64,000 nt of DNA from Octopus sinensis. Lineage: Eukaryota. Position 1 is the stretch's first letter. Every line of letters starts with the position of its first letter. The stretch is from contig NC_043000.1 in NCBI RefSeq assembly GCF_006345805.1, positions 35,650,001 through 35,714,000 on the forward strand, read 5' to 3'. This document shows positions 10,935 through 23,948 of the stretch, piece by piece. Made by a program: the position numbers and the translations under genes. Below the pieces are notes generated by a model. The model was not told the origin of the DNA. It saw nothing but the letters and a program-made list of their open reading frames with translations, and made no database searches.

Positions 10935-11340
10935 ATACGTATTTCTTTACTGCCCACAAGGGGCTAAACATGGACAGACAAACGGATTAAGTCGATTACG
11001 TCAACGCCAGTGCGTAACTGGTACTTATTTAATCGACCCCGATAGGATGAAAGGCAAAGTTGACCTCGGCGGAATTTGAACTCAGAATGTAATGGCAGAC
11101 GAAATACCTATTTCTTTACTACCCACAAGGAGCTAAACACAGAGAGAACAAACAAAGACAGACAAACGGATTAAGTTGATTACATCAACCCCAGTGCGTA
11201 ACTGGTACTTATTTAATCGACCCCGAAAGGATGAAAGGCAAAGTCGACCTCGGTGGAATTTGAACTCAGAACGTAGCAGCAGACGAAATACCACTAAGCA
11301 TTTTGTCCAGCGTACTAACGTCTCTGCTAGCTCGCCGCCT
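10935..11340 (-). mobile_element. Tandem pair of SINE family A copies (long-tail variant)
   Basis: Two consecutive copies, 10935-11105 (partial) and 11105-11340 (near complete), each with TATTTCTTTACT.CCCACAAG.GGCTAAAC and GGCAAAGT.GACCTCGG.GGAATTTGAACTCAGAA. Confidence 0.85.
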
Positions 11341-11949
11341 TATATATCATCCATATATCTACATGCGTTTATATACATACAATTATAAATGCATACATAT
11401 CCACCTATGTACACACATTCACACAATGATATTGGTAGAACATTGCAATAGAAAATTACATGCACATGTGTGTGTGTGTGGTGTATGTGTGTGTGGGTTA
11501 GAGGACTCGGTGTGTTTTGAGAGAGAAAAGAACAATTCTTTTATCTTTTACTTGTTTCAGGCATTTGTGTTGGTGACACATAAAAGGCACCTAGTGCACT
11601 CTGTACAGTGGTTGGTGTTAGGAAGGGCATCCTGCCCTAGAAACCACACCAAAGCAGACTGGACCCTGGTGCAGCTCTCCAGCTCACCAGTTCCAGTCAA
11701 ACTGTCCAACCCATGCCAGAATGGAAAATGGATGTTAAATGATGATGATGATGATAACTGAAAGGTTTTTCTGTAAACCTTAATAAAAGTTAAAACTTTA
11801 GTGGGTGGGAAAGGAACAGAACTCTACTGCCATCTGGCAAGTGGTCATGTAGTGGGTTAGACTACCATGTGGTGTACTTAATATTATAAAGTGCACTACA
11901 TGTAAAGTGTGGGTGCACAAGAGGTGTAAGTGCAGGGGATCAGAGGCTG

Positions 11950-12110
11950 GCTGAGAGAAAAGAAGGGTTTTGTATGTAGTAGATATGCAGATGTAGCTAT
12001 CTGTAGAAGCACACATGAATTAAAATGTCCAAATGCTTGAAGGGCTCCCTAAATGTAGGTGATAAATTTTCTTATCTGGGTGACCTAATCAGCATTGGAA
12101 GTGGGTGGTG
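11950..12110 (+). mobile_element. Old RTE ORF fragment (further fragments at 13535-13680+, 15470-15640+, 16180-16480+, 18780-18960-)
   Basis: GFVCSRY...GDKFSYLGDLISIGSG resembles FVCGRCS...VDSFHYLGDQVSSG of the RTE at 36070-36200. The others give RGRPRNMLDEIVK, TKDLDRWRYAV and GGPPKETWQRTITKDL (RTE C-terminus). Confidence 0.55.
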
Positions 12111-15100
12111 TTCTTGAGCTCCATTATCTCAGTGACCTAATTAAAAGCAGTGGAGGTTAAATTAGCTAGAGCAGAATAAAGTGGAAAAAGTTCAAGGAAT
12201 TCTAGTCTCTGCTTGCAACAAAGAAATTCTCTGTTTGAAAGAATGTTAGAATGTGATGATTGTCTCTGGAATATGGTTTGTGAGTGCAGAGGACATGCAG
12301 AGGTTGGTGGCTACCTGTTCTAGTGGCATGTAAAAAGCACTATTCGAGTGTTGGGCTTCATAGAGGCAGTGACAGGTGACCAAGACCCTTGTGTTGACCT
12401 GTCAAGCCAAGTGAGACTGTTGTCGTGGCTGATGCCAGTGTCTGGTCAGGGGCACTTGTGCCGGTGGCATCTAAAAAGCACCCATTACACTCTTAGAGTG
12501 GTTGGCGTTAGGAAGGACATCCAGGCCGTAGAAACCTTGCCAGAACAGATTGGAGCCTGGTGCAGCCTCCTGGCTTACAAGTTTTCAGTCAAACTGTCCA
12601 ACCTATGCCAGCATGGAAAGCAGATGTTAAACGATGATGATGATGATTGATTAAATGTGTAGTGTTAGTGTGTGCGAATGATGAAATGTAAATGAACTGA
12701 GAGAAAAACTGAATATAAGAGTGATTGACTGAAATGTGTGTAACTGATAATCAAGTTGTTATGGCTGGACACATGATGCTTCTTGAGAAGGACATTTCTC
12801 TGAAGAAGCTGAAAGGAAATGACAAAATTCTACAACATAAAGGCAGATGCTTTGCTTAAGAAGAGCCTACCAACCCATGCAAGCTTGAAAAATGGTGTTA
12901 AAATGATAATGTTGGTCATCATCACCATCGTCATTATTTAAAGTCCATGTCCCACCTTGGCATGGGTTGGATGGTTTGACAGGATCTGAAGGGCCAGGGA
13001 CTGCATCGTGTCCCAGTGTCTGCTTTGGCATGGTCCCTATGGCTGCATCTCCTTCCTAACATCAACCATTTTAACGAATGTATTGGGTGCTTTGTTTTCA
13101 TGCCACCAGCACTTTTATTGAGGTCGCCATGCTGCTTGCAAGACTATGAACCCTGGGGTTGGCTTTATGCTAGGGGTTAAAGTATGAGAGAAGGATGGGG
13201 TGGACAGCAAGTTCTTGTAGAAGGGCTGCACGGTTGCTCACATTTAGTAGGGGAAAGAGGGAGAATGATCAACAAGAGCTGTGAAGAGATATTGGAGATG
13301 AGGTGTTCAGGTGGCCCCTCAAGGCATGTGGTGAGTAGAAGTGGGTGGGTGGGTGGGGGTAACAAAATTGTAAGGGGAACAGGAGATGAGGGGACAAGGA
13401 GGGAGCCTGCAACTGTAAAAGTAGTTGGTAGGGTTGGAGGGTGGTGAGTGAAGAGTCCTGAGTTGGGGAGGATAGAGGGATGTAGATGAGAGTAGCTGGA
13501 TAAAGAAATATAATTTGTTAGATGTGGATGAAACTTGTGAAAGAGGGAGACCCCGGAACATGTTGGATGAAATAGTGAAGACATGACTTCAGGTTGTTGA
13601 GCTTTACAGAGGAGACGACAAAGGACCAAGATGATTATAATTTGCTGTGCTTAAGAATAGCCGTTTATCTCAACAAAAACGAGCTCTTAAAAGCATAATT
13701 GTTAATATCTATGCCTCTACACCCAATCTGTTCTGTCAAGCCTTCCTCATAACTCATCATTCTAACATTCATCCTTTTTTTATCCTTCTAACTACAGCCT
13801 ATTTCTTCAGCTGCTGTAATTGAGAACAGACCTACACACATGCCATTCCTTGCTAGTTATCCCCTTCCTTGGAACCACTTCCCTTATATACGTCCTGCAC
13901 ACTTGATATCATCCCTTATTTTCTTTTCTAATGAATATCCCTTCCTCCTGAACCCTCTCAATACCTGCCATTGATACCCCACCCCCCACTAACCTTTGTC
14001 ATTCACTATTTCCAACCTTTGTACCTCTGACTTCCATCTCTGTCATCGTGCATCTCCCCTCCCCCCACACATCCTCTCACTATGAAAGTTTTTCATGAGA
14101 ATCGCTGCAGCTTATGGAGTCCACTACGCAGTGCTATGGTGACAGTCTCTTTCTCAGACTGTTGCACATCCCTCCCCCTCTCTCTCTCTCTCTCTCTTCT
14201 ACTTCTCTTTCTATCATTTCTCTCCCACACGTATCCTGTTCCTCCGCCTCTCTCATGCTACTCTTCCTCCTCCCCTCTTCTCATATTACTCTTCCTGTGC
14301 AGAATTTCACAATTTTTCTCTTGCACATGTTGCCGTCACAACAGTTTCTCTGCAGATTTTCATTTGGAGTTCTAGTGATGATGAAGGAGCTTGCAATGGT
14401 GCAGTTTAGGGATCATTAGATCTTTCTGTGTAGGAACTGGTTGATGGGAAGAAGGGAGAGAGAAAAAGAGAGATAGTTGGAGTGAAGGAGATGGAGGGAT
14501 GCAAGGACCATTTTGTTTTGGTAAGGCAGGGTACAACAAAGATCAGAAACTATCTCGTTCGTAGACCTCAGAGTGGGAAAGACGGAGAGAAGGAGAAAAC
14601 AGGATATGTGAGAGAGAGGGAGAATACTATGTGAGAGAGAGAGAGAGAGAGAGAGGAGGGTGTTTATGCACAGATTGAAGCAGGGTGAAAGGAGACAGAT
14701 TAAAGTCATAAGAGGGAGGGAGGGATGTGAGAGTGTCATCATGGCACTGCATTGCTTAGTTGCCAAGGGAGTGTGTCTCAAGAAGCTTTACCATTCTCAG
14801 TAATGGTTGCTCTGCTGCACTTAAATGCACCTGTTTGTTGTTTGTAACTTGTCTTCTGATAGAAACTCTTTTATACGCATATTCCGATTGTTTAATAATT
14901 CATAAACAGGTAACAAAATTGATATTAATGTCTTAGCTTCATCAGGTACAGTGTTTTAGCTTCACTGCTAAAGAAAACTGCTAATTAGGAACAAAGAAAG
15001 AAACGGCAGCTTTCTTCCACCATTGCAGAACATGGCTACTGCTTTTTTTTTTTTGCATCTAATCTGAACATTTTTGCATATTTGCATATATTTTAATTGC

Positions 15101-17074
15101 TTAGTTATATTAACTCATGACTTAAAAACAAAATGAACAGTAATTTATGTCCATACCAGATATACCATATCATCATCATCATCGTTGTTTAACATCCGCT
15201 TTCCATGTTGGCATGAGTTGGACAGTTTGATTGAGAACTAGCAAGCCGGAAGGCTGCACCAGGTTTCAATCTGATTTCGCAAAGTTTCTACAGCTGGATG
15301 CCTTTCCTAATGCCAGTCAGGTGGCATTGGCATCAGTCATGCTTGAATGGTGTTTTTTACATGCCACTGGTACAGGTGCCAGTCAGGCGGCACTAGCATT
15401 GGCCATGCTCGAATGATGCTTTTTATGTGTCATATATTTATATATATATTGGATCTCACAGAGATAATGACAAAAGACCTAGACCGCTGGAGATATGCTG
15501 TGACTAAGAAGACCTGGCAAATAAAGTGAGTTCACAGCTGTAGCCTACACCAGTGTTGCATAACCAGCTCCAGCCCACTCAAAAGTACCTTGGATCGTAG
15601 GGCGACATGCCGTGTTTGAGGAGACCTATTGAGTCAAGTAGTGTACCTTTTAATTTTTACCAAAATATTCCAGTGTAGTCATTGAGTTGTTTCTAGCTCT
15701 GCATGTAATTTCTAAGGTTTTGCATATAACAAGTATGTACTTAACATAGATATACTGTTGAAAGCCACAAAACTGCTGTATTTGTCTCAAGAAAGCTTCT
15801 CATATAGACATCATCATCTTCATCGTTTAACATCCGTTTTCCGTGCTAGCACAGGCTGGACGGTTCGACCAGGGTCTGGGAAGCCAGGAAGCTACACCAG
15901 GCTCCAGTCTGATCTGGCAGTGTTTCTACAGCTGGATGCCCTTCCTCATGCCAACCACTCTAAGAGTGTAGTGGGTGCTTTTTACGTGCCACCAGCACAG
16001 AAGCCAGTCAAGATGGCACTGGCATCGGCTACGTTCAGATGGTGCTTTTTACGTGCCACCGGCACAGGTATCATAACTACAATTTCCATTTAATATTTAT
16101 TTTGATGTTGATGTACTTGACTCAATAGGTCCCCTCAAGCACAGCAGGTCATGTGCCACCAGCACAGAGGCCATTCAAGGCGGCGCAGTGCTAAAAGGCA
16201 GATAGGTTTATCAGTCGCAGATGAAAAGCATCCAGCAGCATGATGAGGGAGGAAAGAGCCCAATGTAAAATAGGGTCCAACCTACCCCCAAATGATGCAG
16301 ATCGCTACTACAAAGTTGTCCGCAACCAGGTCTACAAATCCCAGATGAGTCTGAATTCCCACATGAGACGAGAGGACAAAACATTGAACTAAGAACATTG
16401 TGCAGCTGGGTCCTGCCGAACCTTCATTCCTCAAAATAACAAGGAGAGAGTCCAATATTCTAAGGCAATAGTCTTCTTCCACTCATTTTTAAGAAGGATA
16501 AAGGCTGTACTTTTTAGTGTTAAATGTGACAGGGACTTGTTAAATGATGTCCTGATTATCTCCTTAATTACTGGGTATTTCTCTAATTACTAGTTATCTT
16601 CCAAAATGCTTCATTGCTTCTTGCTTAATATAAACAAAACTTAAAAATAACGAAAAAAATCTCTACTACTACTATCGCTACTACTATTACAAGAAACCCA
16701 TTGCCAGTCAAAGTAAAGTAGTAAAGTTTGTATATTTTCACCAATTCAATGTATTATTGTTGCTCAATCTATGTAAATATGATGGCCTACAATAATTCTG
16801 TGTTGAGAGGATTTAATTCACATTGCAGATGACTATCCTTCCTCTGGAGTCAATAAAATAATCGTTAGTAATGCAATTACTAAGTTAATTTTATCAAGTA
16901 GAACATCTTTGTGTCAAGCTCAGAATTGTGTCTAGAGGCAGATGCAGTTATTTTGTTTTTAGTCTGTGACAGTCTACAGCATTGTTTAATAATATACGTA
17001 TGTATGTGTGTATGTATGTATGTAGTATGTTCATGTCAGGTCAATTTTGAGTGCTACTGGTAACATGTAACCCA

Positions 17075-18120
17075 GAACAACCTGTTGCATGGTCGGGTCG
17101 TCGGCGACTAAACCGGCAACCCCACCAAGCTTGCTTGGTGAGGAGGGTGTTTATTGGACACCCTGCGGGATGAAAAACAAAACACGTCAAAGGGCAGAGG
17201 AACTCTTGAGAGTCAACGGCCATCCAATAGATGTATTAAGGCTGTATCATGTGCGGGGATATAGAAATAATCGGACTGAATACCCGATTGTGCGGTTAAG
17301 CCATTGGGAGTGAAGGACTCCTAGCCTTTGTTAGGGCATCCTTCTAGGAGAAGGTAACTCAGGTAACTGGGATAACTCCGATATAAAACCTGCGGCTCAG
17401 TGGTTACCGATGATGTTGACTTGTTCTTCTTTTCGGATATGGCTGCTGTTGCTTAGTGAGTGGGATTGACTCAGTGCACAGCCTTTCTTCACTTTAAAAA
17501 AAATCTTCTTGTACAGGCATTGCACAATAACAACATTGATTAAGCTTCGTGCAATGGCCATACTCGATAACGAGGGAGCAGCCACCATGTCTGTAGTATG
17601 TATATCTGCCTGGCAATGCTACCAAGCATGCCTGCTTGGTAAGAAGGGTAGTTTTCATTGGATACTCTGCAGGAGGAAACACAAAACCTATTAAAGGGCA
17701 GACAAAGTAGGGTCAACAGCCATCAAACAACTGGGAGTGAGAGACCCATAGCCTTTGTTTAGACATCTTTCTAAGAGATGGAAAACTCTGATGTAATGCC
17801 TGTGACTTTCTTTGCATCCAATAATGTAGATGAGTTCTTCTTTTTGGATAAATGCATACAAGCAATTTAGTGATTGGAAGTGGCCTTGTGCAAAGCCTTT
17901 TTTTCACTTTAAAATGCTCCAGGCACAGGGATCGCTTGATTTTTAACATTTCTATTTTGTGTTGCATTCTGTGTTTGGCTGTTGCTGAGAAAGGCAAAAA
18001 TCTCAATGGAAAAATTCATGATGGAATGAAGGTAGGTGTCAGCTTGGGTGGTAACCCTGGAAACACCTCCCGCAAGAGGGGCCCCTCATTGCCACATCTG
18101 GTTAGAAGAGTGTAAGTCTC
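17075..18120 (+). mobile_element. Cluster of 2-3 diverged copies of a ~400-bp RTE-5'-UTR-like repeat (another copy at ~48995-49085)
   Basis: Shared blocks GCTTGCTTGGT.AG.AGGG...AAAGGGCAG...GTCAAC.GCCATC...GCCTTTGTT.G.CATC.TTCTA.GAGA.GG.AACTC recur at ~17130 and ~17630; a shorter piece is at ~18040. Confidence 0.45.
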
Positions 18121-20481
18121 TAGCAGGACTGAAAAACCCCATCTGAGCTGCTCATGTTTAAGAGTACAATCAAATGATGTCACTACTCGAAATCTAGCTG
18201 CTTCCATCATGTTTACAAACAATTATTACATTAGGTTCCAGCTGGGAGAGAGTCATTAGCACATTGGACAGAATGCTTAGTGGACTTTCTTCTAGCTCTT
18301 TACATTCTGAGTTCAAGTCCTGCTGAGGTCAGCTTTGCATTTCATCCTTTCAGGGTCAATAAAAAAAAAACCTACCAGTCAAATACTAGGTCAATGTAAT
18401 TGGCTATCTCCCCTCCCCTTAAAAAATTGCTCTCTTTGTGCCAACATTTGAGTTCAAATCGTGCCATGGTTGATTTTATTTGTCATCCTGTAGATGCAGG
18501 CATGGCTGTGTGGTTAAGCAGCTTGTTTCCTAATCACCACTTTCAGGTTCAGTCCCACTGAATAGCACCTTAGTAAGTGTGATTTACTAAAGCCCTGGGT
18601 CGACCAACCTTGTGAGTTGATTTGGTAGATGGAAACTGAAAGAAGCCCAGCATACATATGTGTGTGTTGTGTGTGTGTCTCCTTGTCTTGACATTGTACT
18701 GGTGCCATGTAGAAAGCAGCCAGTACATTCCATAAAGTGGTTGGTATTAGAAAGAGCAGCTAGCTGTAGATCATTCATTTGGTTCTTATTGTGCCTTGTG
18801 GAACTTGAGGCGACAGCAAGATCATTCCATCTTCTAACACTGGAAGTGTCCTCGACAACTTGCTCCATTGTTAACCTGCTGCTTTTAAGATCTTTTGTTA
18901 TTGTTCTCTGCCACGTTTCCTTTGGTGGGCCACCATCTTCTTTTACCTTGTGGAATCCATTGCAAAGCAATCCTGACAATTGAGTTCGGTTCATAGCGAC
19001 AAACTCGACCCAGCCATTTCCATCTCCTTGCTTCAATAGTTTTTCTAGCTGTAGAAACCATACAAAGATAGACAATGGAGCCTGGCGCAGCTTTCCGGTT
19101 TGCCAGTTCGTCTCAAACTGTCCAACCCATGCCAGCATGGAAAACGGATGCTAAATGATGGTGATGATGTGCAGTGGTTGTAAACGAGTGTGACTCTTAT
19201 ACAAGCAGTGTCATTCCTTGTGACTCTAATGTGAAAACATGTCCTTCCTTGGGGAAATATTATCTTGCTTCGAAACACATAAGTGTTTGCAAAGGAAAGG
19301 ATATTTGTTTATGGAAAATGGGATTTGGTGAATTCCATCTGACCTGTGCTCACATGGAAATGTGGACTTTAAAACTATGATTGGGATCTTTACAGAATTG
19401 CTGAAATAAGGACCTGTCAGATTTCATTATTCTTTTTCTTTTCTTTTTTTTCTTATGTTATCTCTTTTAAATGGATTTCACTTTTCGTGAAAGAGTGTGT
19501 TTATGTGGAAGTGAATACACTTATAGGTGCAGATGTGGCTGTGTGTTAAGAAGTTTTCTTCCCAACCTCATGGTTCTGGGTTCAGTCCCACTGTGTAGCA
19601 CATTGGGTGAGTGTCTTCTACTATAGCCTCAAGCCTACCAAACCCTTATGAGTGGATTCGGTAGGTGGAAACAGAAAGAAGCTTGTCGTCTATATGTGCG
19701 TTTGTGTCTGTGTTTATCTCCCACTCCTGCTCGACAGCCGGTGTTGGTTTGTTTATATCTCCATAACTTAGAGGTTTGACAAAGAGAATGATAGGAAAAA
19801 TAACAAGCTTAAAAAATAAATAAATAAATACTGGGATTGGTTTGTTCAGCTAAAATTCTTCATAGCGGTGCCCCAGCATGGCCACCGTCAGATGACTGAA
19901 ACAAGTAAAAATAAAAGAATATTTGTGTGTGTAAGAGTGTGTATGTGTGTGTGTGAGAAAGAGAGAGAGTGTGTGTGTGTGTGTTGGTAACAGCGTTTCT
20001 GATTGATGCTGTGCATGTGATGGCAATAAAGTGGGGTTGATGCCATCGACTAACCCCGTCCCCTTAAAATTGCTGCTCTTGTGCCAAAATCAAAAACTGC
20101 TCCATTTAAGTGTTATTTTATATGTTTTTTAAATTTCAATAAAATTTTTGCTGTTTTTGCGAAGAACATTTGAAATGGCTTTTAGAGACAGAAAGAAAAT
20201 AAGATCATAATCATTTCTAACATTAGACTAAATATTAGTGAAAGTTCCTGCCAGAAGATAAAGAATGAGACCAATTTTTCTTATATAAATCAATTCTTGA
20301 AAAACTGGTTTTAAGAAAATTAAGAAAATGAATTTTAGGAGTAGAAATAAGAAATAGCAAAATTATTTTTAATAATCTTAAAAAAATAGACTAAAAATGA
20401 CCATTGAGACTTTGATATTGTCATCACTGAAAATTTTCCAGACAAGCTATGTGCTCTTTGTGAAGATTAGTAGACGTAGAT

Positions 20482-20825
20482 GTAGGAGTGGCTGTGTGGC
20501 AGTAGCTTGCTTACTAACCACATGGTTCTGGGTTCAGTCCCACTGCATGGCATCTTGGGCAAGTGTTTTCTCCTATAGCCTCGGGCCGACCAAAGCCTTG
20601 TGAGTGGATTTGGTAGACGGAAACTGAAAGAAGCCCGTTGTATGTATGTATGTGTGTGTGTATATGTTTGTGTGTCTGTGTTTGATCCCCCAACATTGCA
20701 AAAAGAGACCGATAGAATAAGTACTAGGCTTACAAAGAATAAGTCCTGGGGTCGATTTGCTTGACTAAAGGCGGTGCTCCAGCATGGCTGCAGTCAAATG
20801 ACTGAAAGAAGTAAAAAAGAGAAAA
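20482..20825 (+). mobile_element. tRNA-derived SINE family B (Octopus OR-type) with internal (TA/TG)n and CR1-like 3' tail
   Basis: AGGAGTGGCTGTGTGG..AGCTTGCTTAC.AACCACATGGTTC.GGGTTCAGTCCCACTGC...CTTGGGCAAGTG...CAGTCAAATGACTGAAA. Other copies: 18495-18680+, 19524-19918+, 22215-22560-, 39085-39468-, 41958-42302+, 51008-51372-, 53415-53640-, 54020-54210-, 60796-61040-, 62428-62783+, 63245-63588-. Confidence 0.85.
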
Positions 20826-22628
20826 AAAGTGTATTAGCTTTTAATATGTTACTGCTGATTTTAGGTGGCGCCAGTCCACACAGTAAAGTTGTTGGCATTT
20901 GGAAGGACATCTGTCTGTAAAAACCATGCCAAAACTGACCTTTCCTGTGCTGGTGTGATGTAAAAACACTCCGTCCACTCTGTGGCATGGTTGGTTTTAG
21001 GGAGGGCATACGGCCATAAAAAAACTATGCGGAAACAGACACAGAAGTCTGGCGCAGTCTTCTGCCTGACCAGCTGCTGTCAAACTGTCCAACCCATGCC
21101 AGCATGGAAGATGGACGTTAAACTTGTGCTGGTGCCACATGGAAAACACTGGTGCCACCTGAAATGCACTGGTTCTGGTCCCACATGAAACACACTGGTG
21201 CTGGTGCCATGTGAAAATCACTCAGTACATTCTGTAAAGTGGTTGGCGTTAGGAAGGGCTTCCAGCTGTAAAAACTATACTGTGGAACCCCAGTGCTGCC
21301 ACTAGCCATGCCAGTTCCTGTGAAGTTGGCAAACCCATTGCCAACATGGAAGATGGATATTAAATGATGATGATGGTGATGAGCTGGTAGAATTGTTAGC
21401 ATGTTGGGAAAATGCTGATATTTCGTTCTTCTACATTTTGAGTTCAAATTCCGCCGAGGTCAACTTTGCCTTTCATCATTTTGGGGGTAATAAATTAAGT
21501 ACCAGTTGCATACTGGGGTTGATCTAATTGACTGCCACCCCCCTCCCCCCAGAATTTCATAATAATAGAAAGGATTATTATTATTATCAATCCATTTCCA
21601 GATCAGAAAACTGAAATCCGCACAAAACCACCGGAAGAAATAGATTTACTATAAAAGTTTTAAACAGTTAGGAAGGACATCCAGCTGTATAAACCAAACC
21701 AAAACTGACTCTGGAACTGCCTCCTTCATCGTTGCCATCCTCATCCTCATTGTACAAAAGCTGTCATGTTATTAATTTAATCAGCGAGGATTGCTGACAG
21801 AAAAGTCTCCTCAAATCTCAGGAACCCTTCTTAGGATTATTATTATTTTATAAAAAAATGTGTGGAATATAATACAAGTTCGTTTCTGTGTTGTTGTTCT
21901 AGTTGTTGTTGTTGTTGTTGTATTCACCTCTGTAGAAAGAACCTGTTGAAGACTTCTGTGGGAAACTGTTTCAAATATCTTTTCTGTCTGACATTTGCAA
22001 CTAGAGTGAGAGAATAGACTACAGGTATGTTGTTAATCCTTGAGGATTAAGATTAAGGCTAAGTATAATCTTAGTACGCATTGGATTATGATGGCGTTTA
22101 AGTAGTTTTGTCATTTTCTGAAATGTGAAAACACTTTTTGGATTAATATTTCTACCAATTGTTTTTATTATTTTAGAAAAAAAATAAAAACAACCGGTTT
22201 TAGATGTGGCTTTTTATTCTTTTACTTGTTTCAGTCATTTGACTATGGCCATGCTGGAGCACCACCTTACAGTGGGGTTTCTTAGTCAAAGAAATCAACC
22301 CAGGATTTATTCTTTGTAAGCCTTGTACTTATTCTATCAGTCTGATGTAAACACACCAACCTAGGTTGTCAAGCAAAGTGGGGGAACAAACACACACACA
22401 CACACAATGGGCTTCTTTCAGTTTCTGTCTACCAAATCCACTTGCAAGGCTTTAGTTGGCCAAAAGCCATGGTAGAAGATGCTCAAGGTGCCACGCAGTG
22501 AGACTGAACCCGGAACCATGTTGTTGAGAAGCAAGCTTCTTACTACACAGCCATGCTTGCACCTAAATTCTCGTAGTAAGTTCATGTGTGTGTGTTTGTA
22601 GGGGGATTTGTAGAGGGAAACTGAAAGA

Positions 22629-22664
<36 letters not shown>

Positions 22665-22994
22665 CCTTGTCTATACATTGTGTGATAGTTGTAAACAAGT
22701 GTGACTGCCATACAGGCAGTCATTCATTTCCAGGATTCTGAGAGAACATGACTGGCCATGAGGAAAATATGAACTTAATTGGAAGGGCATCCAGCCATAG
22801 ACAATTTGCCTCAACGAGTTCCTGCTGACTCATGTAACCATGGAAAAAAATAGACATAAAAAGAATGATGGTGATAATGACCATCACAAATGACAATGAT
22901 ACAAGCATTGAAGAGAAATTTTTCCAGCCTTCATCAGGTGTCTTGGGGAAATTTCAATCCTGGGTTCTCATTCCTAAGGTATTTTCCGATGTTG

Positions 22995-22998
<4 letters not shown>

Positions 22999-23055
<57 letters not shown>

Positions 23056-23177
23056 CATCATCATTATTACTATTCAGGTCACTGCCTGGAATCAAACTTG
23101 GAATCTTGGGGTTAGTAGCCCATGCTCTTAACCACTATGCCATATGCCCATGGGCATATGGCGTAGCGGTTAAGAGC
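22999..23177 (-). mobile_element. Short tRNA-derived element with (AAT)n tail, fused head-to-head to an inverted partial copy of its own head
   Basis: Minus 23149-23076 reads GGGCATATGGCATAGTGGTTAAGAGC..GGGCTACTAACCCCAAGATTCCAAGTTTGATTCCAGGCAGTGACCT (A- and B-box-like), followed by (AAT)n. There is a 54-bp palindrome at 23124-23177. Confidence 0.65.
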
Positions 23178-23469
23178 GTTGGCACCACATTGGATATAAA
23201 AACCTGTCATTACCGATGCCATGTCTAGTAATTGTACAGTTAGTGTTTGTATCATCTCTAAAATTATAGACCTGCGCCATTCTGTCAAGTTTCCTTCTAA
23301 ACGCAAACAATATTTAATGCAAAGAAGTTGTTTATTGTCTATTTTTAAGTGACAAATCTCTGAGGTTTTCCATTCGAGATGAAGATAATGACTATCTCTG
23401 CAAAAGCTTTGCACAGATCGATGCAGGCATGGTTGGGTTGTAAGGAGTTTGCACTCCAACCACATGGTT

Positions 23470-23948
23470 CCCGGTTCAGTGTATATATATGTGTGCATAT
23501 ATATATTTGTGTATATGTGTGTGTATGTGTATATATATATGTGTATGTGTGTGTGTCTGTGTATATATGTATGTGTATATATATGTGTGTATTTGTATGT
23601 GTATATATATGTGTATTTGTATGTGTATATATATGTGTATTTGTATGTGTATATATATGTGTATTTGTATGTGTGTATATGTGTATTTGTATGTGTGTAT
23701 ATGTGTATTTGTATGTGTGTATATGTGTATGTATATGTGTATATATATGTGTATGTATATGTGTATGTATATGTGTATATATAATATATATGTGTATATA
23801 TATATGTGTTTGTATATGTGTGTATATATATGTGTGTGTATATGTCTGTTTATATATATATATGTGTATATATGTATGTATATATGTGTATATATGTATA
23901 TATGTGTATATACATATATACACATATATACATACATATATACATACA
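23470..23948. repeat. Compound (TA)/(TG)/(TGTA) microsatellite interrupting a SINE B head
   Basis: Starts immediately after CCACATGGTTCCCGGTTCAGT. Confidence 0.85.

Noticed and set aside
9649-11079. 300-aa F/L/S 'membrane' ORFs and K/R/E-rich antisense ORFs
   Set aside because: Artefacts of the polypyrimidine repeat.
23076-23149. Possible functional tRNA-Ser(ACT) gene
   Set aside because: Acceptor and T stems pair poorly, the B box is mutated (GTTTGATT) and an (AAT)n tail follows; it is a tRNA-derived repeat.
23185-23385. Minus-strand peptide LCIKYCLRLEGNLTEWRRSIILEMIQ as a Penelope RT fragment
   Set aside because: No diagnostic RT or GIY-YIG motif could be matched with confidence; left unassigned.
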